DNA of 63,581 nucleotides from an uncultured Clostridia bacterium (GTDB lineage Bacteria > Bacillota > Clostridia > Oscillospirales > Acutalibacteraceae). How positions within the stretch are numbered: position 1 is the first letter of the stretch; the number at the start of each line of letters is the position of its first letter. The notes beneath the pieces are model-generated. The model worked only from the letters and a program-made list of their open reading frames with translations. It searched no databases and was not told the DNA's origin. The translations under genes and the position numbers were made by a program. Positions 1 to 8,811 of the stretch are shown one piece after another. The stretch lies in assembly GCA_946002045.1 (NCBI GenBank), contig CAMFYM010000001.1:1-63581 (forward strand), in the 5' to 3' direction.

Positions 1-12
1 ACAGATTTTGGA

Positions 13-41
13 TTGAAAGTATAGTATAAATTTGTTATTAT
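13..41 (+). promoter_or_regulatory. sigma-A-type promoter of manA
   Basis: TTGAAA-17 nt-TATTAT upstream of the ATG at 70. Confidence 0.5.
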
Positions 42-69
42 TATAAAAAAGAGATATGGAGTTACTTTT

Positions 70-1023
70 ATGGATATACTTAAGCTGAAGCCTGTTATTA
101 AGGATTATATTTGGGGTGGAGAAAGGCTGCGCACTGATTTTGGCTTTGATAGTGAATACGATAGGCTGGCAGAGGGTTGGATGCTTTCCTGCCACAAGGA
201 CGGAATGAACACCATTGAAGGTGGAGATTATGACGGATTCACACTAAACCAAATTATAGAAAAATTTGGAAAAGAAAGCATTATTGGTAAAAAAAGCATT
301 GCTTTTCCTTACTTCCCTGTTTTAGTTAAACTGATTGACGCAAGGGACAATCTTTCAATACAGGTTCACCCTGATAACGAATACGCTCAAAGAGTTGAGG
401 GTGAATATGGCAAAACCGAAATTTGGTATGTGTTAGATGCCACAGATGATGCAAAAATTGTTTACGGCTTTAAAAATGAAATATCAGCAGAGCAATTCAA
501 GGATGCTATTGAAAACAACACGCTGTTAGAAGAATTAAATGTTGTAAATGCTAAAAAGGGTGATTTGTTTTTTATTGAAGCAGGTACTGTTCACGCCATA
601 GGTAAAGGCACCCTAATTGCAGAAATTCAGCAAAACTCAAACACAACTTACAGAGTGTATGACTACGGCAGAGTAGGTGCTGACGGAAGGCCGAGAGAGC
701 TGCACATCCAAAAGGCTATTGATGTGTCTGTTACAAAGCCACCTAAATATGAAATTAAGCCAATGGGTAATCCTATTGATAGGGGTGATTATATTGAAGC
801 CCTGCTCACAAAATGTGATTTGTTTACTGTATGGCATTATGATGTGAGAGAAAAGGTTACCCTTTGTGCTGATGAACAAAGCTTTAATCATATTTTGGTG
901 GTAAACGGCTGTGGCGAAATTAACGGCAGAAAAATGAAAAAGGGTGACAGCTTTTTTGTACCTGCTGATTTTGGTGAATACGAAATCAAGGGAAAATGTG
1001 AAATAATTACAACAAATATTTAA
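70..1023 (+). CDS. manA: class I mannose-6-phosphate isomerase
   Basis: KDYIWGG, LVKLIDARDNLSIQVHP, GKTEIWY, GTVHAIG and EIQQNS motifs. Confidence 0.92.
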   Translation: MDILKLKPVIKDYIWGGERLRTDFGFDSEYDRLAEGWMLSCHKDGMNTIEGGDYDGFTLNQIIEKFGKESIIGKKSIAFPYFPVLVKLIDARDNLSIQVHPDNEYAQRVEGEYGKTEIWYVLDATDDAKIVYGFKNEISAEQFKDAIENNTLLEELNVVNAKKGDLFFIEAGTVHAIGKGTLIAEIQQNSNTTYRVYDYGRVGADGRPRELHIQKAIDVSVTKPPKYEIKPMGNPIDRGDYIEALLTKCDLFTVWHYDVREKVTLCADEQSFNHILVVNGCGEINGRKMKKGDSFFVPADFGEYEIKGKCEIITTNI

Positions 1024-1089
1024 TACTTTGAATAAAGGTCACAGATTTGTATAATACTATCTGTGACTTAATTATTTGGAGTGATTAAA

Positions 1090-1299
1090 ATGAAAATCGT
1101 TAATAATATTGCACTGATTTTATCAATTATCGGTGGCATCAACTGGGGACTGATTGGTCTGTTTAAGTTTGATTTAGTTGCCTGGATATTTGGTGGACAG
1201 GACGCTGTATTATCAAGAATTATTTACAGCCTTGTAGGACTTGCAGCAATTTGGTGCATTAGCTTATTGTTCAACGGCAGAACCGAAGAAGAAGCATAA
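1090..1299 (+). CDS. DUF378 small membrane protein (YuzA-like)
   Basis: IIGGINWGLIGLFKFDLVA motif; GGAGTGA RBS favours ATG at 1090 over the ORF-track start at 1081. Confidence 0.85.
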   Translation: MKIVNNIALILSIIGGINWGLIGLFKFDLVAWIFGGQDAVLSRIIYSLVGLAAIWCISLLFNGRTEEEA

Positions 1300-1310
1300 T
1301 ATTAAAAATT

Positions 1311-1335
1311 AAAGGAGAGATAACATCTCTCCTTT
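1311..1335. terminator. bidirectional intrinsic terminator
   Basis: AAAGGAGAGAT-aac-ATCTCTCCTTT hairpin between convergent genes. Confidence 0.75.
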
Positions 1336-2059
1336 AGTCATTTTTAATATCTGTTATATCCTTAATAACCTCGGCTGCGATGATTAAGCCTGCAACTGAC
1401 GGCACAAAGGCATTACTGCCCGGTACCTGCCTGCGCTGATTATCGCTATTATCTGCCCACAGGTCTATTGGGGTCATTGCCCTTTCCTTTGAATAAACAA
1501 CCTTTAGCTTTTTTATATCTCTCTTTTTCAGTTCACGGCGCATTACACGGGCAAGTGGGCAAACAGATGTTTTGTATATATCCGTTACCTCAAGCATTTG
1601 GGGATTAAGCTTGTTGCCTGCACCCATAGAGCTGATAATTGGTGTATGAGCCTCCTCTGCTTTTTCGACCAAAGCGATTTTGCCTGAAACAGTATCGATA
1701 GCATCAACTACATAATCAAATATGCTAAAATCAATGCAATCGGAATTCTCAGGCAAAAAGAAAATATCGTGGGTAACAACCTTAATATTAGGATTTATGT
1801 CCAGCAATCGAGCCTTGGCTGCGTCAACCTTTTTCATACCCAATGTGGTGTGGGTAGCAATAATTTGACGGTTAAGATTGGAAAGGCACACAGTATCGTT
1901 ATCAATTAGGTGAAGCTCGCCGACTCCACTCCTTGCCAGTGCTTCAGCAGTATATCCACCTACGCCACCGACACCGAATATAGCCACTTTACTGTGTGAC
2001 AGCTTTTCCATTGCGTCCTTGCCAAAAAGCATTTGTGTTCTGACAAACTGATTTTCCAT
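1334..2059 (-). CDS. tcdA: tRNA threonylcarbamoyladenosine dehydratase (ThiF family)
   Basis: GVGGVG, SNLNRQ, SSMGAGNK, DIYKTSVCPLARVMR and PGSNAFVP motifs. Confidence 0.88.
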   Translation of the reverse strand: MENQFVRTQMLFGKDAMEKLSHSKVAIFGVGGVGGYTAEALARSGVGELHLIDNDTVCLSNLNRQIIATHTTLGMKKVDAAKARLLDINPNIKVVTHDIFFLPENSDCIDFSIFDYVVDAIDTVSGKIALVEKAEEAHTPIISSMGAGNKLNPQMLEVTDIYKTSVCPLARVMRRELKKRDIKKLKVVYSKERAMTPIDLWADNSDNQRRQVPGSNAFVPSVAGLIIAAEVIKDITDIKND

Positions 2060-2066
2060 AAATCAC

Positions 2067-2498
2067 CTATATTACAAAATCAAGGTTGTTATTCTTGTTG
2101 TCAATAATATCCTGCAATGTTATACTGTCCAGATATTCGGTTATTGTATCGTAAAGGCCCTGCCACACAAAAAGAGTTTCACACTTGTCACACCTATCGC
2201 ACATATTAACCTCGTTTTCAAGGCAGGTAATAGGTGCAAGTCCACCCTCTGTAATACGAAGAATATCGCCAACTGTATAGCAGCTTGGCTCCTGTGCAAG
2301 CTTATAGCCACCCTGAAAACCTCTGTTTGCAATCAAAATATTAGGCTTATTTAGGACTGAAACAATTTGTTCAAGATATTTTTTTGATAAATCCTGACGG
2401 TTAGCAATATCCTTAAGAGCAACAAAGCCCTCCTGCTGATGCTCTGCCAGGTCAATTAGAAATCGTAGTGCATATCTACCCTTTGTTGAAATCTTCAT
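2067..2498 (-). CDS. Rrf2 family transcriptional regulator (CymR/IscR-like)
   Basis: MKISTKGRYALR, KYLEQI and RGFQGGY motifs; C-terminal Cys cluster. Confidence 0.92.
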   Translation of the reverse strand: MKISTKGRYALRFLIDLAEHQQEGFVALKDIANRQDLSKKYLEQIVSVLNKPNILIANRGFQGGYKLAQEPSCYTVGDILRITEGGLAPITCLENEVNMCDRCDKCETLFVWQGLYDTITEYLDSITLQDIIDNKNNNLDFVI

Positions 2499-2532
2499 AA
2501 CATACTCCTTGAGTGTCGATTATGTTAAAAAT

Positions 2533-2561
2533 ATAATACCACAAAACAGGTAGGTTTTCAA
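2533..2561 (-). promoter_or_regulatory. sigma-A promoter of rrf2-tcdA
   Basis: TTGAAA-17 nt-TATTAT with extended -10 TG. Confidence 0.6.
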
Positions 2562-2649
2562 TAGGCAATAAAGAGTAATCTGAACCTGCCAAAAATGCAG
2601 AATTAAAGCGAATTTTGAAGTTTTCGCTGTTGCCTTGCAGAAGGTGTAA

Positions 2650-2678
2650 AAAAGCACTTCAATAAATGAAGTGCTTTT
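2650..2678 (-). terminator. intrinsic terminator after the lipoprotein gene
   Basis: AAAAGCACTTCA-5 nt-TGAAGTGCTTTT hairpin with a U-tract. Confidence 0.8.
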
Positions 2679-2681
2679 AGT

Positions 2682-3218
2682 TTAGTTATTTGGTACCGGT
2701 GTGCCCCACTCACCTGCCTGCTCGTTTGCACGAGGCAGTGTTGTTGTGGTGGTAGTCGCCTTAGTAGTGGTCGCTTTAGTAGTGGTCGCTTTAGTGGTAT
2801 TAACCTTTGTTGTTGAGGTTGTACCGGCTGGCTTTGTAGGCTTTGTTGCAGTCTGCTCTGCCCTTTTTGTTGTAGTTTGCTTTGACGGCTTGGTGGTGTT
2901 GGCAGTTGTGCCAAAGGGGTTATCCTCTTCTTCCTCCTCCTCAAAGCCATAGCCATTTGAAGTTGACTCAACCTTACCACCATCGTTATTTACAGTGGTG
3001 TTTGACGAGCTTGAGCTGTTAGGCTTTTTGCCGTTATCGGCAGAACTTGATTCTGTTGTGTTAGTCATATTATTTGAACTATCAGTATTTACAGTTGAAG
3101 AATCCGGATTAGTTGTAGTCGGTGAATCAGAGGGACTACCCTTGCATGCAACCAAAGCAATACTCAAGGCAACAACTAACACGGATATAATAATTATTCT
3201 ATTCCTACCATTCCCCAT
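2682..3218 (-). CDS. Ser/Thr-rich low-complexity lipoprotein
   Basis: Hydrophobic signal with LVAC lipobox; GAGGGA RBS before ATG at 3218 (ORF track extends to 3248); KATTT repeats. Confidence 0.75.
   Translation of the reverse strand: MGNGRNRIIIISVLVVALSIALVACKGSPSDSPTTTNPDSSTVNTDSSNNMTNTTESSSADNGKKPNSSSSSNTTVNNDGGKVESTSNGYGFEEEEEEDNPFGTTANTTKPSKQTTTKRAEQTATKPTKPAGTTSTTKVNTTKATTTKATTTKATTTTTTLPRANEQAGEWGTPVPNN
2752..2798. repeat. 15-bp coding tandem repeat (KATTT, about 3 copies)
   Basis: ttagtagtggtcgct exact at 2761-2775 and 2776-2790, plus degenerate flanking copies. Confidence 0.8.
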
Positions 3219-3361
3219 GCTGAATCCCTCGTTCTTCCTATTGACCACGGACTTTCGTCCTCTTCTTCCCAGCCGCCACCACTTAAATCCCAGGTGCCAA
3301 CAGAAGATGAAATATTAAAATAGTCTATTTCAAATATTGGTTCTTCATATTCCTTTTTCAT
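3194..3361 (-). CDS. unannotated 55-aa peptide MKKEYEEPIFEIDYFNISSSVGTWDLSGGGWEEEDESPWSIGRTRDSAWGMVGIE
   Basis: Translated by hand; AAAGGAGG RBS 7 nt before the ATG; fills the gap between two co-oriented genes; below the ORF-track size cutoff. Confidence 0.75.
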   Translation of the reverse strand: MKKEYEEPIFEIDYFNISSSVGTWDLSGGGWEEEDESPWSIGRTRDSAWGMVGIE

Positions 3362-3397
3362 ATTTCATCCTCCTTTCATATTAAAGTTAATCAAAAC

Positions 3398-6300
3398 TTA
3401 ATTAGCAAGTGCCTGCTCTGCTTCCTTAACCTTATTGCGATAATTCATTAAGGCATCTGAGTAGGTAATAATTGATGTGCTGATATTGTCATTACCCGCA
3501 ACTGATTTATAGCTGTTTGTAACAACACTTGAAAAATATGTGCCTGTTGAATTCTTTGCAAAGAATACTGCATATGTATTCTTATCAAAATCCTCTGCCT
3601 CAATACCGTTAACATAGTAAGCTACTATCTTGCCTGTTTCATCATCAAGCGAAATGTTGTTATTACTCTTTGAATACATTACTGCGTTCTTATTTTTAAG
3701 AATTTGAGTAACAGTAGGTGTTGTAGAATATTCATTGTTAAAGTCTGTGAACATTACTACACCGTAATCAGTATAATTAGTAATAGAATCATTAACAACA
3801 GTTGTTGTTTCACCACTACCGGACTCGGTTGTGGTTATAGGTTCAAGACCGAAGATGTACTTAAGACCCCAAGGCTCAATATTACGAATAGCTGTTGAAG
3901 AAACAAATTCCAATGTGTTTGCTTCGTCATAAGTTAATCCACTAACTGCACTTGGCTGCTTATAATCTGTTGGCTCAACAATAGTTGGATTGTTAATATC
4001 AGGATTTATTGCATCGTGCATTGCCTGAATACTGTTAAGCATTGTTGTATAAGCACTTCTAACCTCAGATTTAGTAGTTGACGGATAACTTGTATAGTGC
4101 AAGCCTTTGTCGGCCTCAAGCTTATAATTGCTGATACAGTTATAAAGGCATCTGTCCTTAATTGGAGTTGTGTAGGTAATTCCCTTATAGGTGAAATCAA
4201 ACACAACCCAAACAGGCTTTCTCATATTGAACAAATAGAAATCATTAAAGGTGGAACCGATACGGTTGAACGTTTGTGATTTATTGGTCAATGTACTTGT
4301 GATAATTTTACTGCTATTTACCTTTTTGCCTGCCTTAGTTGTTGGTTTACTTTTAACCTCAGACGGCAATGGTGCTGAAGCAGTAATTGTATCAGCCTTT
4401 TTTGTGTAAACATTATAATCGGTAATATTTGCGTCTGTTGTTATATCAATATATTTACCGTCAAACTTTAGTGTTGCAGTAACATCAATCCTCCATGGCT
4501 CTGCAAACCTAAAGTAGTTATAATAGTTAAATGTAAACGACGGGCTTGCATAAAGGTGTGTTTCCTTTGTAATAGGAGTAGAGAAATTAAATACATGCTC
4601 TTGGTCTCTCAAGGTATCTGATGTGTACCAAATTGTAACATTTTTTGAATCGCCGGATGGTTGAATAGCATTTTCATTATATACAACATCCTGGAAATAC
4701 TTGCCGTACTTATTTTCAGTTGACTTTTCATAATAGTCATAGCCGTTTGACATACCGGACTCTGAATAATGGAAAATAACAGGAACAGTCTTTGTTTTGA
4801 AACGAGCATAATATGTTTCAGACTTACCCTGCTCAACAGATATTGCAAGGTTAGGAGTTGTAGTAATAAGATTTTCTACACCGTTTTCATCAATGGTGTA
4901 CCAGCCATCAAAAACATAATCGTTTGCAACATCCGGTGTTGCACGGAAAATAATCTTTTCACCCACAGAGCCATAAGCATCGGTTCTCTCAACTCTGTCA
5001 CTGCCGTCTATGACTGCTTTATGGTTTTCAACATTGCTTCTGTCGTTAATAAAGGTTTCCTCTACCCAACCACCAACAGCAGAATTTTCCCAAGTCTGTG
5101 TTTCAAGACTGTGACCAACAAGGGTTTGAGCCTGAGCTGTATAGCCGAATTTCCACTGAGCAGTAAGGGTAACACCGTGAGTTGCGTCAAGAACCAATCC
5201 TGTAACATTATGTTTTGATTCATCGGTAAACACAATATTACCTACGCCGTTAGTGTCGGGAGCATAAGTAGCTGTGTGTTCACCGTCGATTATTATTTGT
5301 TTATTGTTTGTATCGGTAACAGCCCAACCTAAGAATTTTGAACCTACACCGTAATTATTTATCTTCCAGTTTTGATTCGGCAACGCTGCATGAGACTTAT
5401 AAAAACCGGGAGTAATTTTTTCTGTAACGGTTCCGTCACCATTGTCGTGTCTTTCTACAACAACATCCTTATAATAGTCGCTTGTATCAACACCTTCAAT
5501 TTTTTGATAGCCTTCTCTAAATCCCACAAGGTTTTCGCCAATAAGGTTATTATTACCGAACTTATAAGGCTCACCACCGTTAGAGTCGTACAAAATATAC
5601 GGTGCTTTTGTGTACATCATATGGATATGAACCGGAGATTCAACAGACACATTAAAATAGTATTCCCATGTTGTCGTTGAACCGTCTTCATTATCGGTTG
5701 TTGTACCATCCGTTAAAAAGTAATTCTTGGAAAGCTCAAGCTTTTCTTCAGGAGTAAGCCTACCTATGTCATCACCATTGTAAATTGTAATGAATCTTGT
5801 AACAGGAGTTCCGTCATCCTGATATACGGTTACATAAGCACCCTGGAATTTATAGGTATCGGTTTCTTCAAGTCTTTTTGTACGAATTGTGCATAATTTA
5901 CCATCTGATACGGTGCTGTAAAACAAATTACCATTTTGAATGTCGCTGGAAATAGAGGTATTTCCGGTATGCACGCCACCGTTACCACCCTCGGTAATTG
6001 TTGATGAAATAGGCTGATAAAGCTTAAAGTGAATATCATCAAGCATGTTACCAAAGGTTGGTTCATAAACATAATCATTGCCTGATTTTCTACTACCACT
6101 ATACGAGGTAAATGCAAAAAGAGTTTTTGTTTGTCCCTTTGGAACGGTATATGTGCAGTCGTATTTTAACTTACTGCCTGCACCCTTGATTACATCATTA
6201 TACGAATCCTCGTTTTCGTTATAGCAGTTTGTACCGTATTTGGACCAGCCATTAACAGCTTCTGAAGTAACATCGCTTGTGTTGTTGTTTGAAGAGGAAA

Positions 6301-7027
6301 TAACCCAAAGGTTCCATTCCTCAGTACACGCTGCTGTTTGAGTCATTGAAAAGTTTTCGTCTGCATTGGGTGATTCATTTTGGAATTTACCATTTGCAGC
6401 AAAAGGCTTTGAATAAATTGTATATTTTTGAGAACATCCTTTAGCAGGATATGAAATTCCGTATTGGGTTTTCAGCCAGTCTGTCATTTTTACAAACTGG
6501 TCTTTATCTGTTTTTGAAGACTTTGCTGGGTCAATAGCATTTTTACCGTCAGCAGAGTATTGCTCAGGACCGATGAAAAGAACCATGGTATCTGTTGTAT
6601 CTCTACCTCTATGGTCAAGACCCCATGTATATGTTGAACCTGATACGGTTTCAATTCTTTGATAAATTGTACTTACTTCGTTGGCATTAAGCTCTGCAGC
6701 AACTTCACCCTCGGCTACCACCTTATTTGTGGGTGAATTAACAAAGTGAGCCGAACCGTTTTTAAAGAACTCAAGCTTACCGTTAGTACCATTTGTTTCG
6801 TAAGCAGTGGTATCCCAATAAGGAACACTGGTTTTTACAGGCTGAACATAATTTGCTGAAAATTTATAATTATCTTTATTATCCTCAAAGCCACCGTTTT
6901 GCAGATATTTATGTGAGTATCTTGTTTTATCAGTAGCAGCAACAGCGCTTAATTCAAATGCACCAAAGGTTGACATTAGCAGCACAAGTGCCATAAACAG
7001 TGATAACAGTTTTTTTGTTCTCTGCAT
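3398..7027 (-). CDS. large secreted multidomain protein (CBM-like N-terminal domain, InlB-B/GW-Y-type repeats, duplicated C-terminal domain)
   Basis: 1209 aa; Sec signal MQRTKKLLSLFMALVLL; LQNGGFE...AELNA...TIYQ; FLGW and FDGWY motifs; two EPW-containing segments. Confidence 0.75.
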   Translation of the reverse strand: MQRTKKLLSLFMALVLLMSTFGAFELSAVAATDKTRYSHKYLQNGGFEDNKDNYKFSANYVQPVKTSVPYWDTTAYETNGTNGKLEFFKNGSAHFVNSPTNKVVAEGEVAAELNANEVSTIYQRIETVSGSTYTWGLDHRGRDTTDTMVLFIGPEQYSADGKNAIDPAKSSKTDKDQFVKMTDWLKTQYGISYPAKGCSQKYTIYSKPFAANGKFQNESPNADENFSMTQTAACTEEWNLWVISSSNNNTSDVTSEAVNGWSKYGTNCYNENEDSYNDVIKGAGSKLKYDCTYTVPKGQTKTLFAFTSYSGSRKSGNDYVYEPTFGNMLDDIHFKLYQPISSTITEGGNGGVHTGNTSISSDIQNGNLFYSTVSDGKLCTIRTKRLEETDTYKFQGAYVTVYQDDGTPVTRFITIYNGDDIGRLTPEEKLELSKNYFLTDGTTTDNEDGSTTTWEYYFNVSVESPVHIHMMYTKAPYILYDSNGGEPYKFGNNNLIGENLVGFREGYQKIEGVDTSDYYKDVVVERHDNGDGTVTEKITPGFYKSHAALPNQNWKINNYGVGSKFLGWAVTDTNNKQIIIDGEHTATYAPDTNGVGNIVFTDESKHNVTGLVLDATHGVTLTAQWKFGYTAQAQTLVGHSLETQTWENSAVGGWVEETFINDRSNVENHKAVIDGSDRVERTDAYGSVGEKIIFRATPDVANDYVFDGWYTIDENGVENLITTTPNLAISVEQGKSETYYARFKTKTVPVIFHYSESGMSNGYDYYEKSTENKYGKYFQDVVYNENAIQPSGDSKNVTIWYTSDTLRDQEHVFNFSTPITKETHLYASPSFTFNYYNYFRFAEPWRIDVTATLKFDGKYIDITTDANITDYNVYTKKADTITASAPLPSEVKSKPTTKAGKKVNSSKIITSTLTNKSQTFNRIGSTFNDFYLFNMRKPVWVVFDFTYKGITYTTPIKDRCLYNCISNYKLEADKGLHYTSYPSTTKSEVRSAYTTMLNSIQAMHDAINPDINNPTIVEPTDYKQPSAVSGLTYDEANTLEFVSSTAIRNIEPWGLKYIFGLEPITTTESGSGETTTVVNDSITNYTDYGVVMFTDFNNEYSTTPTVTQILKNKNAVMYSKSNNNISLDDETGKIVAYYVNGIEAEDFDKNTYAVFFAKNSTGTYFSSVVTNSYKSVAGNDNISTSIITYSDALMNYRNKVKEAEQALAN

Positions 7028-7093
7028 AAATTTACCTCCGAGTTAATGTATGTTAATAGTAATCATTATATTAAAAAATCTAAAATCATTGAC

Positions 7094-7122
7094 ATTATAT
7101 ACCTATTAAAATGATATGTAAA
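7094..7122 (-). promoter_or_regulatory. sigma-A promoter of the secreted-protein operon
   Basis: TTTACA-17 nt-TATAAT on the minus strand. Confidence 0.55.
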
Positions 7123-7287
7123 GAAAAATTTAAAAAAAGTTTACAATTTTAAAAATATTGTATAACAATACAATTTATGTGATTTATTGCTAAAAATTTT
7201 CATACAAATTTGTGCAATTTAACATAAAAAAATAATGAAAAACTTTATTAAGTAATAATTACACAGACGAAAAAATAAGATTTAACG

Positions 7288-7980
7288 GTGATGAAAATGT
7301 TTAGTGCAATAATATCTGCTATCAGTGCAAACCTGATTTACTTCATTTTACACATTCAAAACACCTCCTCCTTCCCAAAGCCGTTAAGTCCTAAGGAGGA
7401 GACAGAGATGCTTGAGCGAATGAAGAACGGTGACAAAAATGCTCGTGGAATATTGATTGAAAGAAATTTAAGATTAGTTAGTCACATTATTAAGAAGTAT
7501 TACTCAAAAACAAACGACACCGATGATTTAATCAGCATAGGCACAATCGGGCTGATTAAGGCAATAGACACCTTTAAAGCAGACAAGGGCACTCGCCTTG
7601 CAACTTATGCATCAAGGTGTATTGAAAATGAAATTTTAATGCATTTTAGAAGTGGTAAAAAGCAATCAAATGATGTGTATTTAAACGACACATTAGAGGT
7701 TGATAAGGACGGAAATCCGTTAACAATCGAGGACACAGTAAGCTGTGATGACGATTTGGCAGAGGATTTGGAAAAGAAGGTACAATGGGAAAAGGTTGCA
7801 GAAATTATTAAGAATATGGAGGATGAAAGAGAAAAGGAAATTATTATATTGCGATACGGTTTGAATAACACAAAACCCCTGACACAACGGGAGGTTGCGC
7901 AGAGGTTAAATATCAGCAGAAGCTATGTATCAAGAATTGAAAAAAAGGTGCTTAAGGATATTAAGAATATGGTTGAATAG
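7288..7980 (+). CDS. sigK: sporulation sigma factor (pro-SigK)
   Basis: SFPKPLS, LIERNLRLVSHIIKKY, TRLATYASRCIENEILM and TQREVA..ISRSYVSRIEKK; hydrophobic pro-sequence; start may be at 7297. Confidence 0.88.
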   Translation: MMKMFSAIISAISANLIYFILHIQNTSSFPKPLSPKEETEMLERMKNGDKNARGILIERNLRLVSHIIKKYYSKTNDTDDLISIGTIGLIKAIDTFKADKGTRLATYASRCIENEILMHFRSGKKQSNDVYLNDTLEVDKDGNPLTIEDTVSCDDDLAEDLEKKVQWEKVAEIIKNMEDEREKEIIILRYGLNNTKPLTQREVAQRLNISRSYVSRIEKKVLKDIKNMVE

Positions 7981-7983
7981 TAC

Positions 7984-8517
7984 CTATCTGACAAAGATGT
8001 TGCCACCGTTACAATCAATAGCAACAGTTAACGGAAAACGATTAAAGGTAAGCTCCTTAACCGACTCACAGCCTAAATCATCAAAGGCAATAACCTTGCA
8101 GTCGGTAATACATTTTGATGCAAGTGCACCTGCACCACCAATGGCACAAAGATAAACTGCTTTGTTGCGAATAATTGCGTCGCAAACAGCCTGATTCCTT
8201 TCGCCCTTGCCAATCATTGCAACTACACCACGGTCAAGAAAATCGGGAGCAAAAACATCCATCCTGCTTGAGGTAGTGGGTCCACAGGAACCGATAGCCA
8301 AATTCTCCGGTGCAGGAGTAGGCCCTGCGTAATAAATAACAGCATCCTTTAGGTCATAGGGCAGGTCCTTGCCATCGGCAATATATTGAGTAATTCTTTT
8401 ATGGGCAGCATCACGGGATGTATATACCCTGCCTGAAAGAATTACCCTGTCCCCTGCCTTAAGCAAGGGAGCATACTCACGAAGCTGATTAGTATTAAGT
8501 GTATATTCCATTATCAT
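7984..8517 (-). CDS. class I fumarate hydratase / tartrate dehydratase beta subunit
   Basis: YTSRDAAHKR, IYYAGP, GPTTSSRMD, MIGKG and GGAGAL motifs. Confidence 0.9.
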   Translation of the reverse strand: MIMEYTLNTNQLREYAPLLKAGDRVILSGRVYTSRDAAHKRITQYIADGKDLPYDLKDAVIYYAGPTPAPENLAIGSCGPTTSSRMDVFAPDFLDRGVVAMIGKGERNQAVCDAIIRNKAVYLCAIGGAGALASKCITDCKVIAFDDLGCESVKELTFNRFPLTVAIDCNGGNIFVR

Positions 8518-8759
8518 TTACCTGATTTTAATTTTATATTTTCTTCCCTCAGCCTTTTATTTTCCTCCTCCAAAAGCTCAAGAGTTGCAATATTTTGCTT
8601 TAGCTCACGGCTAATGGATTTAAGCTGAAAGTCAAGATTAGAATTAACTATTTCAAGTCGCTGACACTCAAAGTTAACATCCTCAAGGGCAGCCATAAGA
8701 CGAGAAATCTCGTTAATCAATTCCTGTATATCCTTTTTACTTGTCATATGCAGGTCCAC
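8514..8759 (-). CDS. small coiled-coil hypothetical protein
   Basis: 81-aa heptad-rich ORF overlapping the start of the next gene; start may be at 8747. Confidence 0.65.
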   Translation of the reverse strand: MDLHMTSKKDIQELINEISRLMAALEDVNFECQRLEIVNSNLDFQLKSISRELKQNIATLELLEEENKRLREENIKLKSGK

Positions 8760-8774
8760 TTTCTTATACTATGC

Positions 8775-8803
8775 AAGGGTGACCGACTAAACGGCCACCC
8801 TTT
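8775..8803. terminator. GC-rich hairpin after the foldase gene
   Basis: AAGGGTGACCG-6 nt-CGGCCACCCTT; weak U-tract on the minus strand. Confidence 0.5.
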
Positions 8804-8811
8804 GATTATTA

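Noticed and set aside
1029-1067. forespore sigma F/G-type promoter and inverted repeat before DUF378
   Set aside because: GAATA...TATAATACT is only a loose match; the hairpin may simply end manA transcription
2603-3318. alternative ORFs 2603-2983, 2701-2952 and 2995-3318
   Set aside because: Shadow frames of the low-complexity lipoprotein; no convincing RBS
7288-7980. skin-like element interrupting sigK
   Set aside because: The ORF is continuous through IENEILM and there is no recombinase nearby
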